Source: Saprolegnia diclina VS20 (Eukaryota). From it: a stretch of 39,699 bases of DNA. The stretch is taken from NCBI RefSeq assembly GCF_000281045.1, contig NW_008246069.1:1262929-1302627 (forward strand), written 5' to 3'. The notes under the pieces are model-generated. The model searched no databases. It worked only from the letters and a program-made list of their open reading frames with translations, and had not been told where the DNA came from. Every line of letters starts with the position of its first letter. Position 1 is the stretch's first letter. The position numbers were made by a program, and so were the translations under genes. This document shows, in pieces, positions 9,090 through 22,249 of this stretch.

Positions 9090-11679
9090 CTAGTCGGTCG
9101 TGCGGCCAATCACCTCGATCTTCTTGTCGGCGAGAACGAGCCACTGCTTGTCGCCGTAGTCGTAGTGGCAGCAGTGCATCTTGCGCTTCGAGTCGCACCC
9201 GACAATCGTGCACGGGTACCACGAGTCGTACCTACAGTTCCGATGGGTGCTATATCGCAAATGTCATGGTACCGATAGCTGTAGACCGTGAGGTTGAGTC
9301 CAATGTCGCGCACGTCGTTGGCGAGCGCGCTCTTTGGCGCGGCATCTTTTTGATTCAGTGCGGCATCGAGAGGCTTCTTGGCTACCGCCGGCACGTCAAC
9401 GTACGGCGACGCTGCGAGTCGGTCCTTGGCCTTTTGTCGCGCTTTCATCTGCTTGACGATCGAGTGTTTGGCCTTTGGCTTGCTTGGCCGCGCCTGGTTG
9501 GTCATCATGGGCGGCGTCCCCGGCGACTTTGCGCTTTCGCGCGAGGAAAGACTTCCCGGCACTTCTGCGTACGGACTCGACTCTTTTCGCTGTGTCAACG
9601 ACGCTTTGCTGGACGGACGGCGGAGCGCCGGCAACGACGACGTCGATCCCGACGTCTTGGGTCGCACCGGCTCGGGCGGTATTGCGTGCGCTTCGAGCTC
9701 GATGCACCGATCCAGCTCGTCGTCCGTGTGGTGGTCGATCAAGCGCTGACAGATAGGGCAGACGTCGTCGTCTTCGGGTGCGACGGGCGGCGGCGACGCT
9801 TGCATCGACTGCAACTGCGCCTCCAGCTGTCGCCGCTCACTCTACCAGAAAAGACGTGCAGCATTGCGTGCTCGCACAGTTGGTACCTGGAGCCGATGGA
9901 GCTGACTCAGTTGGTGCTGCGCCTGGCGGTCGTATTCATCGACCGCACGCAAGTCGGCGGGCGCCGATTCGCTGGCTTGTGAGAGCGGTCGCTCCGGTGC
10001 GGGGGTTGCCTCGGGCACTTGGTTGTTGCTACTTGTAAGCGACGGTGGTGGGCGTCCGTCGCTCTTGTTGGCTTGTAGCTTGCGCTTGAGCTGGGCGTTC
10101 TCGAGCCGGGCTTGCTTGAGCTCGTCGGTGAGCGACGCGACTTGCGCCTCGAGCGCACCCAAGCGCTCAATCGACGGCTGTGCACGGAGCAAGTGCTGGA
10201 GGCGCGCAATCTCCTTCGTCGCCCGCGCGAGCAAAATGGCGTCGTCGACCACTTCGTTTACTTGGATGTTGAGCGAAATCTGCTTTGCGCGCTCGGCAAA
10301 CTGCAGCGTCGAGATCGTCTCTTCGATCGCGGCCTCGGACGGCGAAATCGTCGCTATCACAATCGTGCGCGTGTTGCCTCCGAGTGAGTCTTGCAGCAGC
10401 CGCGTCAGCTTCGAATCGCGGTACGGAATGTGTGTTCTCTACGCAGAATGTTGGTCCCAAAGATCGCAACACAGATCTGATATACTTTTTTATCGGTGAG
10501 CGCCGCAATGACATTTCCCAGCGCCGAGAGACTCGCATTGATGTTGCGGAGCTCGCGGGTGCGGTCGTTGGACATGGCAATGTCCGTGTCCCACTATCGC
10601 AATTGTCGTCATTGCAAGAGGAGAGACGAGGTCACCTTTTCCGACCCTGCCAAGTCGACGAGGTTGAGCTACCGATGCCTTGTTGATGCAAAGCCATCAA
10701 AATGCAGTCGCAGCGTACCTTGGCCCGACGGATGATCGTCGTGCTCTCGGACCCGCGCGACTCGACTTCAATGTTGACTTGCAAAAGCGCGTGGCTTCGA
10801 CTGCTCTTCTCATTGCACTCTGTTCACAGTGTCAGGACACGGCGTAGGTCCGGTTATAAGCACCAGTCGCTCGGATCGTGCGATTTTGGCCGCCCACTTT
10901 GAGCAGATCCAAGACATCTTGAGCGCTCCCGACGCGAAATTCCGAGATGCCGCTGACGTAAATGTGTTTGGCGTTGCCCTACGTTCATGATGGTCCTCCT
11001 GAACTTGGACCAACTGCTGGTGTACAATACCTTGATCATTTCACGGACTTGAAGAGGCTTTTGGTCCTGCATGTTGGTGGCTTGAAGCAAGTCAAACACT
11101 TGGTTGTTGTAGATTTGCATGTACGAGCAGTGCACGACGGCGCCGGCACCACTCGCGCCGATGGTCGCGAGCTCGGCAAAGAGCCCCGCCACAGCACGCG
11201 GAATGATACCGGCCTCCGCAGCGATTGCGTTGCCGTCGACCAAGACCGGCCCAGTATCGGGGCCCATCATCGTGTGCGTCTTGCCCGTGCCTACAACCAT
11301 AGCGTTGAGACTCTGAACAAAGCTCCGCTCGGTACGCACCAGTTTGCCCGTACGCGAAAATGGTGCAGTTGAAGCCTTGCACCACTTGCTCGACCGAGGA
11401 CGCGAGATAGCCGTAGATCTCGTCTTGTCGCGTCGATGTCCCAAAGACCGCGTCGTACGTATACCCAACGTCGACGTCCCAGGCCGCGCTCGCGACCTGC
11501 ACGTGGTTGGGCAAGTCGCTGCCGTGCTTGGCGCCGATTCGGACGACATCGTCCGCCTCTGTTTGGCCCTTGCGCTCGCGTTCGTTGCGCGGACGCACGC
11601 GGACAATGACACGGACGCACTCTTGCTGCGCGACGCTGTTGTTGTCGTCATTGTCGCCACCGGCCGTCGGCGTCGTCAT
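9090..11679 (-). CDS. N-terminal kinesin motor protein with coiled coil, Zn-finger-like motif and C-terminal Tudor-like domain, multi-exon
   Basis: Motifs VRVIVRVRP, FAYGQTG|TGKTHTM, NEKSSRSH, LVDLAGSE, HIPYRDSKLTRLLQDSLGGNTRT and ETISTLQFAERAK. The last exon ends ...KKIEVIGRTTD* at 9090. Confidence 0.93.
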
Positions 11680-11723
11680 GGTCGGTTTCAGAGTCGTTCC
11701 GGAAAGGCGATACTCCACCAACC

Positions 11724-14700
11724 ATGGGCGCCGGACCGTCGGTCGTCGCCGAGAGTGTCGAGCACGCGCAAGGCGTCGCCGCGCTGCACGCCCACCAATA
11801 TACGGATGCGATTGCGTGGCTGACCGCCGCGCTGTCGTCGACGCCTGACGCCGGCGCCATCTATGCGCACCGGTCGGCGGCGTACTTGGCCCTTGCCCAG
11901 CCCTCGAAAGCGCTTGACGATGCCCTTCTTGCGATCGACCTCTGCCCCATGGCTGCGCAGGGCTACGCCTGCGCAGCGCGAGCCGCCGCACGCCTGGACG
12001 GCGGCTCATGCGCCGCCCGAATGTACGTCCAAAAGGCCGTTGCGCTGGCGCCCGACGACGCTGCCGTGTGTGCGCTGCAAGATACGCTCATGGCGTCGCA
12101 TGTGCCGCGGGCCGACGGTGTCAGCCACGTGTTTAGCTGGGGCGCCGGTGACGATGCGCAGCTCGGCCACGGCGCGACGACGTCCAAAGCCATGCCGACA
12201 ATGCTCGACGCCTTCCGTGGACGCCAAATGGTTGCAGTAGCATGCGGTGCCATGCACACGATAGCGATCGGCGGCGCCCACGAGGTGTACGCCTGGGGCA
12301 ACAATCGGTACGGCCAGTGTGGGCTCGTTGGTGGCGACACGACGATTCTCATTCCGCAACTGGTGCCCGCCTTTGTCGGACAACCGGTGACCGCGGTCGC
12401 GTGCGGTGCCGGGCACTCGGTCGCCATTCTACATGACGGACGAGTCTTTAGCTGGGGCATTGGCGCACAAGGCCAGCTCGGGCTCGGGCCAGACGTTTCG
12501 TCGTCGCGCCCGCAGTGTCTCCCGACGATCGAGACATGCGCAGTCGCGGTTGCCTGTGGGATTGCCCACACCATGCTACTGCTGGAAACCGGCGACGTTC
12601 TAAGCTGCGGGCTTAACCAGTACGGCCAACTCGGCCTCGGCTCGACGCGAGAAGGAAGCGTCGCAACGCCCCGACGGATACCGCTCCCCGGTGGCGCCGT
12701 CCGGCACATTGCATGCGGTGGCGCACACTCGTGTCTCGTCGACGCTGCTGGTGTCATATTTACCTGTGGCTCCAACAGCTGCGGTCAGCTCGGGCTTGGC
12801 CACTACAACGACACCGGTACGTTTACGGCCATAAGTGGTCTGCCACCTGTCGCGCTCGCCGTGTGCGGCGAAGAGTTTTCGGCGGCGCTCACCAAAGACA
12901 AGTGCAACATCTTTACATGGGGGCTCGGCCTGGCTGGTCAAATGGGCGACGGGTCTAGCGACGGCTACTGCGACCCGCACCTTGTGCCCGACCTTCCAGA
13001 GACCATCGACTTTCTCTGCGCCGGTCAAGCCCAAGTCTTTGCGCTTTGCGACACTGGCAGCGTCTATACGTGGGGGTTGCCGGGCGATCGAGCGTTTGAC
13101 ATGGCGTCCATGGTCCCTCGGCCGCAAAAGGTCGGTGCTTTCTTCGGCAAGAAACGAATTCAAATGCTCGCATGTGGGCGAAAACACTATATCTTGCTCG
13201 CGCGCGGGGCCGTCGCGCACCGGACGACCTTGCAGTGGGCTAAGAACACGACGCGTTTCATCGCCGGTGCATGGGCCAAGTTTGAGCTCACGACGTACGA
13301 TAACCTCGGTGGCCGGTGCTCGACCGGGGGCTATGTCTTTACGAGCCATCTCTCGCTGTGCGACGCAGATGATGCGGCGACAACCCTTGGTTTGGCCTCA
13401 AAGGTCGATGACGCGCAAGACACGGCGGTTGAAATCAACGACAACATGGACGGGACCTACAGCGGACGGTGTCGCTGCTATCGCGCCGGGTCGTACCTCT
13501 TGCATGTGACGCTGGACGCCATCGGTATTCAAGACCATCCGCTAGCGCTGACAGTAGCACCGGCGCGCGTGTGCCCGGCACAGTGCAGTGTGGTCTGGCC
13601 ACCGGACGTGGCCTTTCCGCTCGTGCAGCCGCCATGCGCCACCGTCGAGGTGCAAGTGACCTTGCACGACGCGTTTGGCAACCGAGTAGTCCCATGCACC
13701 GCCGCCGACGACGAGAACGACGACGTTGACGAGCCCGCGGTTCACTACCAGATCGTCGACAGCGACAATCGCGTTGTGACCAAGGCCAGTGGTGGGCAGC
13801 CATTGACATTACACTGGCCGTCAGCACCCGGCGCGTACACGCTCGACCTTGGTCTCAATGGTCTCCGCGGCGAGAGTGAGGTGCGCGGCAGTTCGTATTC
13901 GCTACGCGTTCATGCCTCAAATGCCGACACGTTGCGACAAGTAGCCCACCAGTTGACGGTCTCGGTGCCGACGACGAGTGTCGTGGGCGAGACGATGGCG
14001 CTGCGCGTTCTCGCACCCGAGGCGCTTCCACTAGACTGCTACTTTGTGCTACAATTTCATTCGTTGCTGGCCGAGCACGGCCTTAGCGCGAGAGCGCTCG
14101 TGCGCTGGGGCGCGTCCGACCCGCTGACACCGACCTCGGTGACGGTATCCGACCATCCATTCACAGCCACCCATACCATCAAAGTCGCAGGCACGTACGC
14201 AGTGGTGGCCACCATCACGAACGGCGCTGACGCACATACCATCGGCGAGGTACCCCTCGAGATGACACCGGGACGCGCGTCGCATGAGTTTACGTTTGTC
14301 AGCAACGCGCGGCAGCTTTTGTCCGAGTGGACCAATAGCGACGTTGCGCTGACACTGCTTCTCGACCTTCGTGACGCGTTTGGCAACAGCGCGGCACTGC
14401 ATGACGACGACGACGTCACCGCATGGGTCGCGCCCACACAGGACGACACGCCGCCCAGAGACGGTTTACGCATGTTGGAGAATCGCGGCAGTCGTGTGAG
14501 CTTTCTCCTGCCAAGTGGCGGCTCCGAGCGCCTTGGCGCCTCCGCGTGGCTGCACATACATTTGAACGGGCACCCCATCGAGTACGCTCCATTTGCACTA
14601 CTACGAGACGACGAAAAGCCATCGCCGCCGATCATGACAGTCGAGAGCCTCCCGCCGCCCCTTCAGGACGCCGCGAGTATCGAGCGGCTCCGGCTCGAAG

Positions 14701-14834
14701 AGGCCACGCGTCGACGGGCCACCGAGGCGTTGCGGCGGGAGCGCCAGAAGCGGCGTGACGAACTTGCCAAGCAACTCGCTTTACAGAGCATGCGGCGGAC
14801 CGGCGGCGGCTTTACCGTTCAGTTTACACCCTAA
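11724..14834 (+). CDS. TPR + RCC1 beta-propeller + filamin/Ig-like repeat protein (1036 aa, single exon)
   Basis: N-terminal TPR-like helices (YAHRSAAYLAL..ALDDA); about 7 RCC1 repeats (VACG..H, WG...GQLG); filamin-like segments (YDNLGGR, DNMDGTYS, DAFGN). Confidence 0.9.
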   Translation: MGAGPSVVAESVEHAQGVAALHAHQYTDAIAWLTAALSSTPDAGAIYAHRSAAYLALAQPSKALDDALLAIDLCPMAAQGYACAARAAARLDGGSCAARMYVQKAVALAPDDAAVCALQDTLMASHVPRADGVSHVFSWGAGDDAQLGHGATTSKAMPTMLDAFRGRQMVAVACGAMHTIAIGGAHEVYAWGNNRYGQCGLVGGDTTILIPQLVPAFVGQPVTAVACGAGHSVAILHDGRVFSWGIGAQGQLGLGPDVSSSRPQCLPTIETCAVAVACGIAHTMLLLETGDVLSCGLNQYGQLGLGSTREGSVATPRRIPLPGGAVRHIACGGAHSCLVDAAGVIFTCGSNSCGQLGLGHYNDTGTFTAISGLPPVALAVCGEEFSAALTKDKCNIFTWGLGLAGQMGDGSSDGYCDPHLVPDLPETIDFLCAGQAQVFALCDTGSVYTWGLPGDRAFDMASMVPRPQKVGAFFGKKRIQMLACGRKHYILLARGAVAHRTTLQWAKNTTRFIAGAWAKFELTTYDNLGGRCSTGGYVFTSHLSLCDADDAATTLGLASKVDDAQDTAVEINDNMDGTYSGRCRCYRAGSYLLHVTLDAIGIQDHPLALTVAPARVCPAQCSVVWPPDVAFPLVQPPCATVEVQVTLHDAFGNRVVPCTAADDENDDVDEPAVHYQIVDSDNRVVTKASGGQPLTLHWPSAPGAYTLDLGLNGLRGESEVRGSSYSLRVHASNADTLRQVAHQLTVSVPTTSVVGETMALRVLAPEALPLDCYFVLQFHSLLAEHGLSARALVRWGASDPLTPTSVTVSDHPFTATHTIKVAGTYAVVATITNGADAHTIGEVPLEMTPGRASHEFTFVSNARQLLSEWTNSDVALTLLLDLRDAFGNSAALHDDDDVTAWVAPTQDDTPPRDGLRMLENRGSRVSFLLPSGGSERLGASAWLHIHLNGHPIEYAPFALLRDDEKPSPPIMTVESLPPPLQDAASIERLRLEEATRRRATEALRRERQKRRDELAKQLALQSMRRTGGGFTVQFTP

Positions 14835-14995
14835 GCCGGCTTCGAGTACATAGGAAAATGTCAGTAGTATTGCTCTTGCGACCACCTTTGCCAAACGTCT
14901 GCGACAGACAACACCAGTCGCACGCGCTGTCGTCGATGTGTGCGTTGACCGTTCTAGCATTGAGCCTACGAGCTGGTGTCGGTTTGGGTCACAGC

Positions 14996-15024
14996 TATCC
15001 ATCTATCTATCCAGCTATCTATCC
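14996..15024. repeat. Imperfect (CTAT)n microsatellite
   Basis: ctatccatctatctatccagctatctatcc. Confidence 0.7.
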
Positions 15025-15094
15025 GTGGCGTTGGATAGTTGAAAATAGGTCGATTGCGGGCAAGCAGTTACGCAGGTGCGGCAATTCGACTCGG

Positions 15095-17787
15095 ATGCGT
15101 CGGCTAGCGTCGTTGCGGAATCGCGTGCAGCCGCTTTTGTTGGAGCTGCACGACCACCTCGTCGTGCCCCGTGACGTCCGGGGTACCGAGAGCGACGCGA
15201 CGGAGCGCGCCCTCGCGTACCTCGGGCGCCCCAAGAGGTACATACGCGGTCAATGAGGACACAACGTGCCAATGCATCGTAGATGTGTGAGTCGCTTCTG
15301 GTCTGAGAAGGCGCGGCTGCTTCTGGATGCACTCCAGATCTACGGCCTTGTGTGGCAGCTGGCCCAGTCGTGGCCGTGGCCGTCGGCGTGGCTATCGTCG
15401 ACCCGCTGGACTGCAGCGTTCAACCTCGATGTGCTGAGTTTCCTCTCCACGGGTGCTGGCCTGGGCATGAAGGCGCCGCCCTTCTCTCTCTGGTACCCGG
15501 TTTGGTCGTCTCGCATCCATCAACACTCTGTTGTAGGGGCGAACTCCGCGGGTCCTACTGGCTGTACGCACTGGTGTACGCACTCTTGCCGTGGGCAGCA
15601 GTGCTCTACTACAAAGCGCGAGCTCGGCACTGGCGGGTTCGCGGTGACGCGCGCTTCCTCGTCTTTGCCGCCCGTCTCGAGAACCGGCTACTGGGGCTGT
15701 TTCAATTCCTGTACCTTCCGATCGCGCTCGCCCTCAGTCGTCTCGTCAACTGCACGGTGGTGCCCAACCCTCTCGACGCGTACGCCTCGGACGTGGTGCT
15801 CAGTGTGGACCCGACGATCTCGTGCCATAGTCCACTTCACATGTACAGCAAAGAAGGTCGCAATTTCCCAGAGCTCACGCACAGTGGTGTAGCACCTTGG
15901 GCGTTGGGATTGGCGGTGTCGTAGGGCTGCCATTCCTCCTCGGCTTTCCGTGGCTATTACATCGGCGGATCCACTGCGCTGGAGTCGCGTGCAGCCAAGG
16001 TACTTGCACTCGCGAGAGCTTGTCCAGCATCCAGTATATTGGCGTAGACGCCCACGAAGAAATTGTCTCGGCCATCGAGTTGAGCTACCTTGTCGGTATC
16101 TCGGACGACTATGATCTCTTGTACGTGCCGCAGTACGCATCGTACACGAGGCGACACGCCAACCTGCCCGTGTATCGGTGTCTCTATAAGCTCAGTCTTC
16201 TTCTTATTTGCACGCTGCTGCGATCGCAGTTTCCAAACATTGAGAACCAGCCACTGCAAGGCACGCTTTTCTTTGCTCTACTGGCGCTGCGCTTCCTCTT
16301 CCAATGCTACGACTACCCGTACCGCCTCTCGTCGACCAACCATTGTATGGTGTTTTTAAACCTGGTACTGGTGTTTGACGGGGTCATGGGTACGTCATTT
16401 TTTTCGGTTGTATTATGTACGCAATTTGTCTAGTGTTCTTGTCGGCCAACAATGTTCGAAGCGCGCTCACGGTCGCGTCGGTCAAGGTGCTCTGCCTCAC
16501 CTTTGTCCATACATGGGCCATCGTCGTGCTGAGTGTGTGGGGCGTCCTTGTCTTCCTCGCATGGCGGCGCATGCAGCTGACGTGGCCGACCCATCGTCGC
16601 ATGAAAGCGCTGGTGGCGCACGCCCCTACTGTACGGGCGTGGGTCGAGACGGTCCAAGCGGCGCAGGAATTACTTCACAAGGTGTCTTGGTGTTTCTATC
16701 GATGTACAAATTGTCATGCGCGTAGGACTATGCGTCCCCGACATTGGTCAAGCCCACAGTCGAGCTCGGCGACATGGTAACAGCGCTGCAAGCCCACGCC
16801 TCGGAAGCGTTGCGCTTGCGCCACCTCTTGCATGTACGATGGTCGGTGGCTACATGACAATATTCTCCACTTTGCACCATAGCGCCCTTTGCACGACCTA
16901 GCGCTGCACGTGCAAGCTGCGTACATTGAGTCGGCGGCCACGTCGGCGATGCCGTCGTCGCTCCTCGACAGCTGCGTCGACAGCTTGGCCGCAGAGCTCG
17001 AGCGATACCAGGTACGACACCCTCGACACCGCAAAACCGACAACTTGTCCACAATGTTCGGTAGGAAAAACATGCGCTTTTGCACCCCCGCAAGCGAGAT
17101 GCGCTCTTCAAGCTGCGCGTGCTTCACACCCTTGTCGACGAGCACAGCGGCAAGCACGACAAGGTGGCATCGTTCTCTGCACCAAGGATACGCCGCGCTC
17201 CTGTCGATGACGTCCTCGTCGCCATGGACCCGGCACTCTACGTCTGGTCCACCTGGGACCCGTCGACGTTGCTCCTCGCTCCCAACTGCGGCGCGCCAGC
17301 GCCGAACCTTCTCTCGGTGCGGTGGTACCTGGCGCTATACCACACAAACCTTCGCATGGGTTATGTCGCGACGGTCACGGCCATCGATGTGGTGACGCTC
17401 TGGGTCCATCTCGACGTTCTTCTTTGCTTTGAGAATGCAGAGCCTTGTGTTCGCAGTGGCTGGCTACGCTTGGCCGACATGTCCTCGGACGTCCATGCGC
17501 ACCTTCTGCAATGCAACGACCCCGATACCCTCCACGTCTTTGCGACTCTACCGCACGCCCCGACGCCACGTGTCATCTCGGTGCCCCGCCTGCAATCGCT
17601 GTTGGATCGCTCGGCCGAGATCACATCCGACCTTGTCGCGGACTGGCAAGATGTCTTGTATGAGTGGGAGGTGGCCTTTGTGTATTTTGAGAAGCGGCGG
17701 CCGTCGAGCTTGGACCGGCGCAAAATTCAAGCGTGGTTTCGGGCCTACCACGCTGCGCGGTGTGTCAGCACGACGAGTGCTTTCTGA
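15095..17787 (+). CDS. Hypothetical multi-pass membrane protein, many exons
   Basis: Successive hydrophobic open frames joined by about 45-nt GT-AG introns (e.g. 15238-15282, 15493-15537). Soluble C-terminus ends ...WEVAFVYFEKRRPSSLDRRKIQAWFRAYH...*. Confidence 0.7.
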
Positions 17788-18179
17788 GCCACAAGTGATC
17801 GCCCCCAATAAGCAACCAGCCATTTGGGTAAGCAGTTTGACGCCGCATAGGGCAGCCTCCCTTGCGATACTTTATCAACGATGATTGTTTGTTCTTGCAA
17901 TGACGCGCAGAAGAGCCACAGCTCAAAGTCTGGTCGCTCTGCATGACAGTAGTGGTGCGACTTCTGGTCGTCGCGCTGCGCAGGGTTAGGGTACTATCGC
18001 CAGACACACTTTGAAAGGCTAGAGGGCAGTGGAGATGCGAGCTGTCGTGGCCTCCATTGAGAAGGTCAATAGGTCATGACAAGCGTATCGTCATGTTGTT
18101 CGTATGCCATGGACGGTCGTTGGCTATTTTATTCGTTGGAGCTATCTATTACATTTGTGTTAAATAAGGGTGCGCGCGT

Positions 18180-19401
18180 CTACAAGTGGGGTAGCATCTT
18201 GCAGCTCGCAGCGCGTTTTGGGGTTGATGACATCGTCGGTGCTTCGACTTTGATTTGAATCTGGGAGCGCGATTTGATTGGGCAATGGAGGTACGCCAGT
18301 GACGCGCCGTCGTCGGGCAACAGCGTCGGCGACTGCGGCGCGCCGTTCGGGTGCTGTAAATACAGCACCGGGTCGAACGTGATGCTTTTGCCCAAAGCAA
18401 TGCCCATGTCGGAGGCCTCGCTCTGGCGCTGCAGCTTCGCGAAGTACGCACTCAGCGTCGGGAGCCGCGCTGTCGCTACGACCGCATCCGGCTTGTCGGT
18501 GAGGAGGTCGTAAAAGCGCTTGAGCTGGGCCACGTACGCGCCGAGATCGGGTTCGTCGACCCACTAAGGTGGACAATATTGTCCTCGACAGCAACAGAAT
18601 CTCTTTGTCGTACGTGCTCGACAAAGAAGAACATGGCGTCGCTGAAGTACTCGATGCTCAACGCGGGCTGGCCGTGGCTGTCGCTCTCCCAAGCATCGTG
18701 GATGATGGTCGAGGCCAAGCTGTCGATCCACTCGGTTGTGAGCCCTAAGCGCACTGCTCTATCGCTGCCGCGGCGACCGCGCGACGCACCCGAGAGTAGC
18801 TGCGAGTACAGACGCGCATACTGCTGTTTGCTCATCGTTGGGTCGTCCTTGGACTTGATTTGGCACTGCCTATGCAAGGTAGAGACTTCATACGCAAACA
18901 CACTCGGCAGTAGCTTGCGTACCACAGCGACCGCAGCCACTTCCGCACATTCGGATGCGTCATAATGGCGGACCGCTTGATCTGTAGCTCGCGGTGCCGC
19001 CGGAGGATGTCCTGCACGTCGCGCGTGAGCGTCACGGGTGCCTTCTTGGTTGCGCTCTGCGCGCGCCGCGGCGGTCGCGAGTGCGCCTTCTTGGGGCTCT
19101 CGCGCGGCAGCGACGAGGCCAGGAGAGTGTCGTCTTCGAGCGGCGCCTCGGCGACCGTGGCGAGCGCACCAGGTACCGATGCCTCGGCCAAAGGAAGTGC
19201 AAAGTCGTACGCGTTGTCCATGAACGCTTGGTACACGCGCTGCATCGTCTCTTCCGAGCTCGTGAGTGTGTCGTCGATCGCGAGGCGTGCGCGGTGCGCC
19301 GCGCGCTCTTCGAGCTTGGCGAGGAAGGCGCCGAGGCTCTCGGCCTCGGCGCGGAGGTCGGCCATCGTCAGCGAGTCCCATATCGTGAAGCGTCGAATCA
19401 T
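18180..19401 (-). CDS. Hypothetical protein, possibly with a degenerate EF-hand-like pair, multi-exon; start uncertain
   Basis: Three overlapping open frames joined by short introns: ...VRKWLRSLW|..MSKQQYARLYSQL...DAWESDSHGQPALSIEYFSDAMFFFVEH|WVD. Confidence 0.6.
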
Positions 19402-19966
19402 ATACGCGTCGTCTACGCTACCTCCATGCCCCGGCCGTGCCGTCGCTTCCGCCCAAGCAAACGACGACCAAGACAAATCGGTTATTTATAGCGCGCCACG
19501 TCAGAAACACTGTAAATAGTGTGATATCGTATATAGTGTACATAGCCTTCACGCGCAACCAAGTCGGTGACTTCGTCGGGGGATGATCATGGCCGCTTTA
19601 GCCTGCGCAAGCTGCCTGTGCATGTTGACCTAGCGGCGGCAAAGAAGAGTCCAAAGAGCTCGGCGACGATCCAGCATGGCATCATGCACCAAGCGCAAGA
19701 GAAAATGGTGGGATAAGCTTTCTATAAGCTTGGCAACGGCGTGGTCGTGATGGCGTCGAAGTCAACCCGGCTCACGACCTGGTGACGCGTGGAGCAGCAT
19801 GGGCCAAGCATAGTAGCGTTGCGTGGCCCTGCCTGAAATGAAAGAGCCTGAGCAGCTGCGCCGACCAAGTCCCTTGCGTGCTTACGATACAGGAGAAAGT
19901 CATGGCGCATCGTATGTATTATGTGAAGCGGGTATCGCTACGCCATGCGAGCAAGCAACACCAAGT

Positions 19967-21498
<1,532 letters not shown>

Positions 21499-21545
21499 GT
21501 TGGAGCTTCTTTTGTACTGAAGCCGCAGCCACACAACAGCGATTG

Positions 21546-21675
21546 CCGGATACGACCGCGCGTATCCGGTATTGGCGCCGTCTATCCGGACATTGGTATG
21601 CGGATGCGCGGGGATTGGCCCAAGCAATGGAAAGCGAGCCAATCCGAATGGAAAGGGACGTGCGAGGGAGCCAAT
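21546..21675. promoter_or_regulatory. Upstream region of ATP2 copy A: ccggatacg-N6-cgtatccgg palindrome, a third TATCCGG and five CCAAT boxes
   Basis: CCAAT/ATTGG at 21571, 21592, 21614, 21639 and 21671; inverted repeat at 21546-21569. Confidence 0.55.
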
Positions 21676-21798
21676 GAACGGCATGGACTTCGGCATGGCG
21701 CGTGACGGCCGATTTGAAATTCGAGATTCGGGATATCCAAGAAAATTGGGTTGTTCCCGTGGGCATTTGATTTCCTCGGTATTGCGATCGTCGACTGC

Positions 21799-22249
21799 GG
21801 TTTAGTACGCAGAAAAGGCGCCTAGTTACGATCGACATGGACGATATCCTGTAAAGGAAGATGAGCGTTGGAATGCAGACGACGTTGGACGAGAGAGACC
21901 CGACGAATTTCACCTGATCGAGTCGGCGTCGACGTGTCTTGCGTTCTAGTTCGTGGCGACGAATATGCTGCATCCAAGGGTCTTGCGTCGGCGTGGCAGC
22001 CGTGGGTACGTCGATACTCAGTGAACGAACGCTCGCGCGCTTCTGTGAGCGGCTACCGCAAGTAGCATCTCGTCGTATCGTGCGGTCGAAATGGCATGGC
22101 GTGGTTGATGATGGATCCAATGCTCATCAGTAAGGCCAATGGGGAAGGCGTTCTTTTGCCCATAAGATAGCAATAAGATCTCTCGAAGTCGACCAGTTTG
22201 TGTCTCAACAATTGCGGCAAAAGCGGCGTTTTTATACACAATCCGACGA
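21799..22249. repeat. Dispersed repeat, copy 2 (direct orientation to 162-643)
   Basis: Same alignment as copy 1. The conserved block carries TATAAAAA on the minus strand. Confidence 0.9.

Noticed and set aside
22019..22135. Minus-strand TGATGA...CTGA suggesting a C/D snoRNA or U3 in the repeated element
   Set aside because: Both boxes are altered in the other copy (TGAAGA, CCGA) and U3 5' boxes are not convincing.
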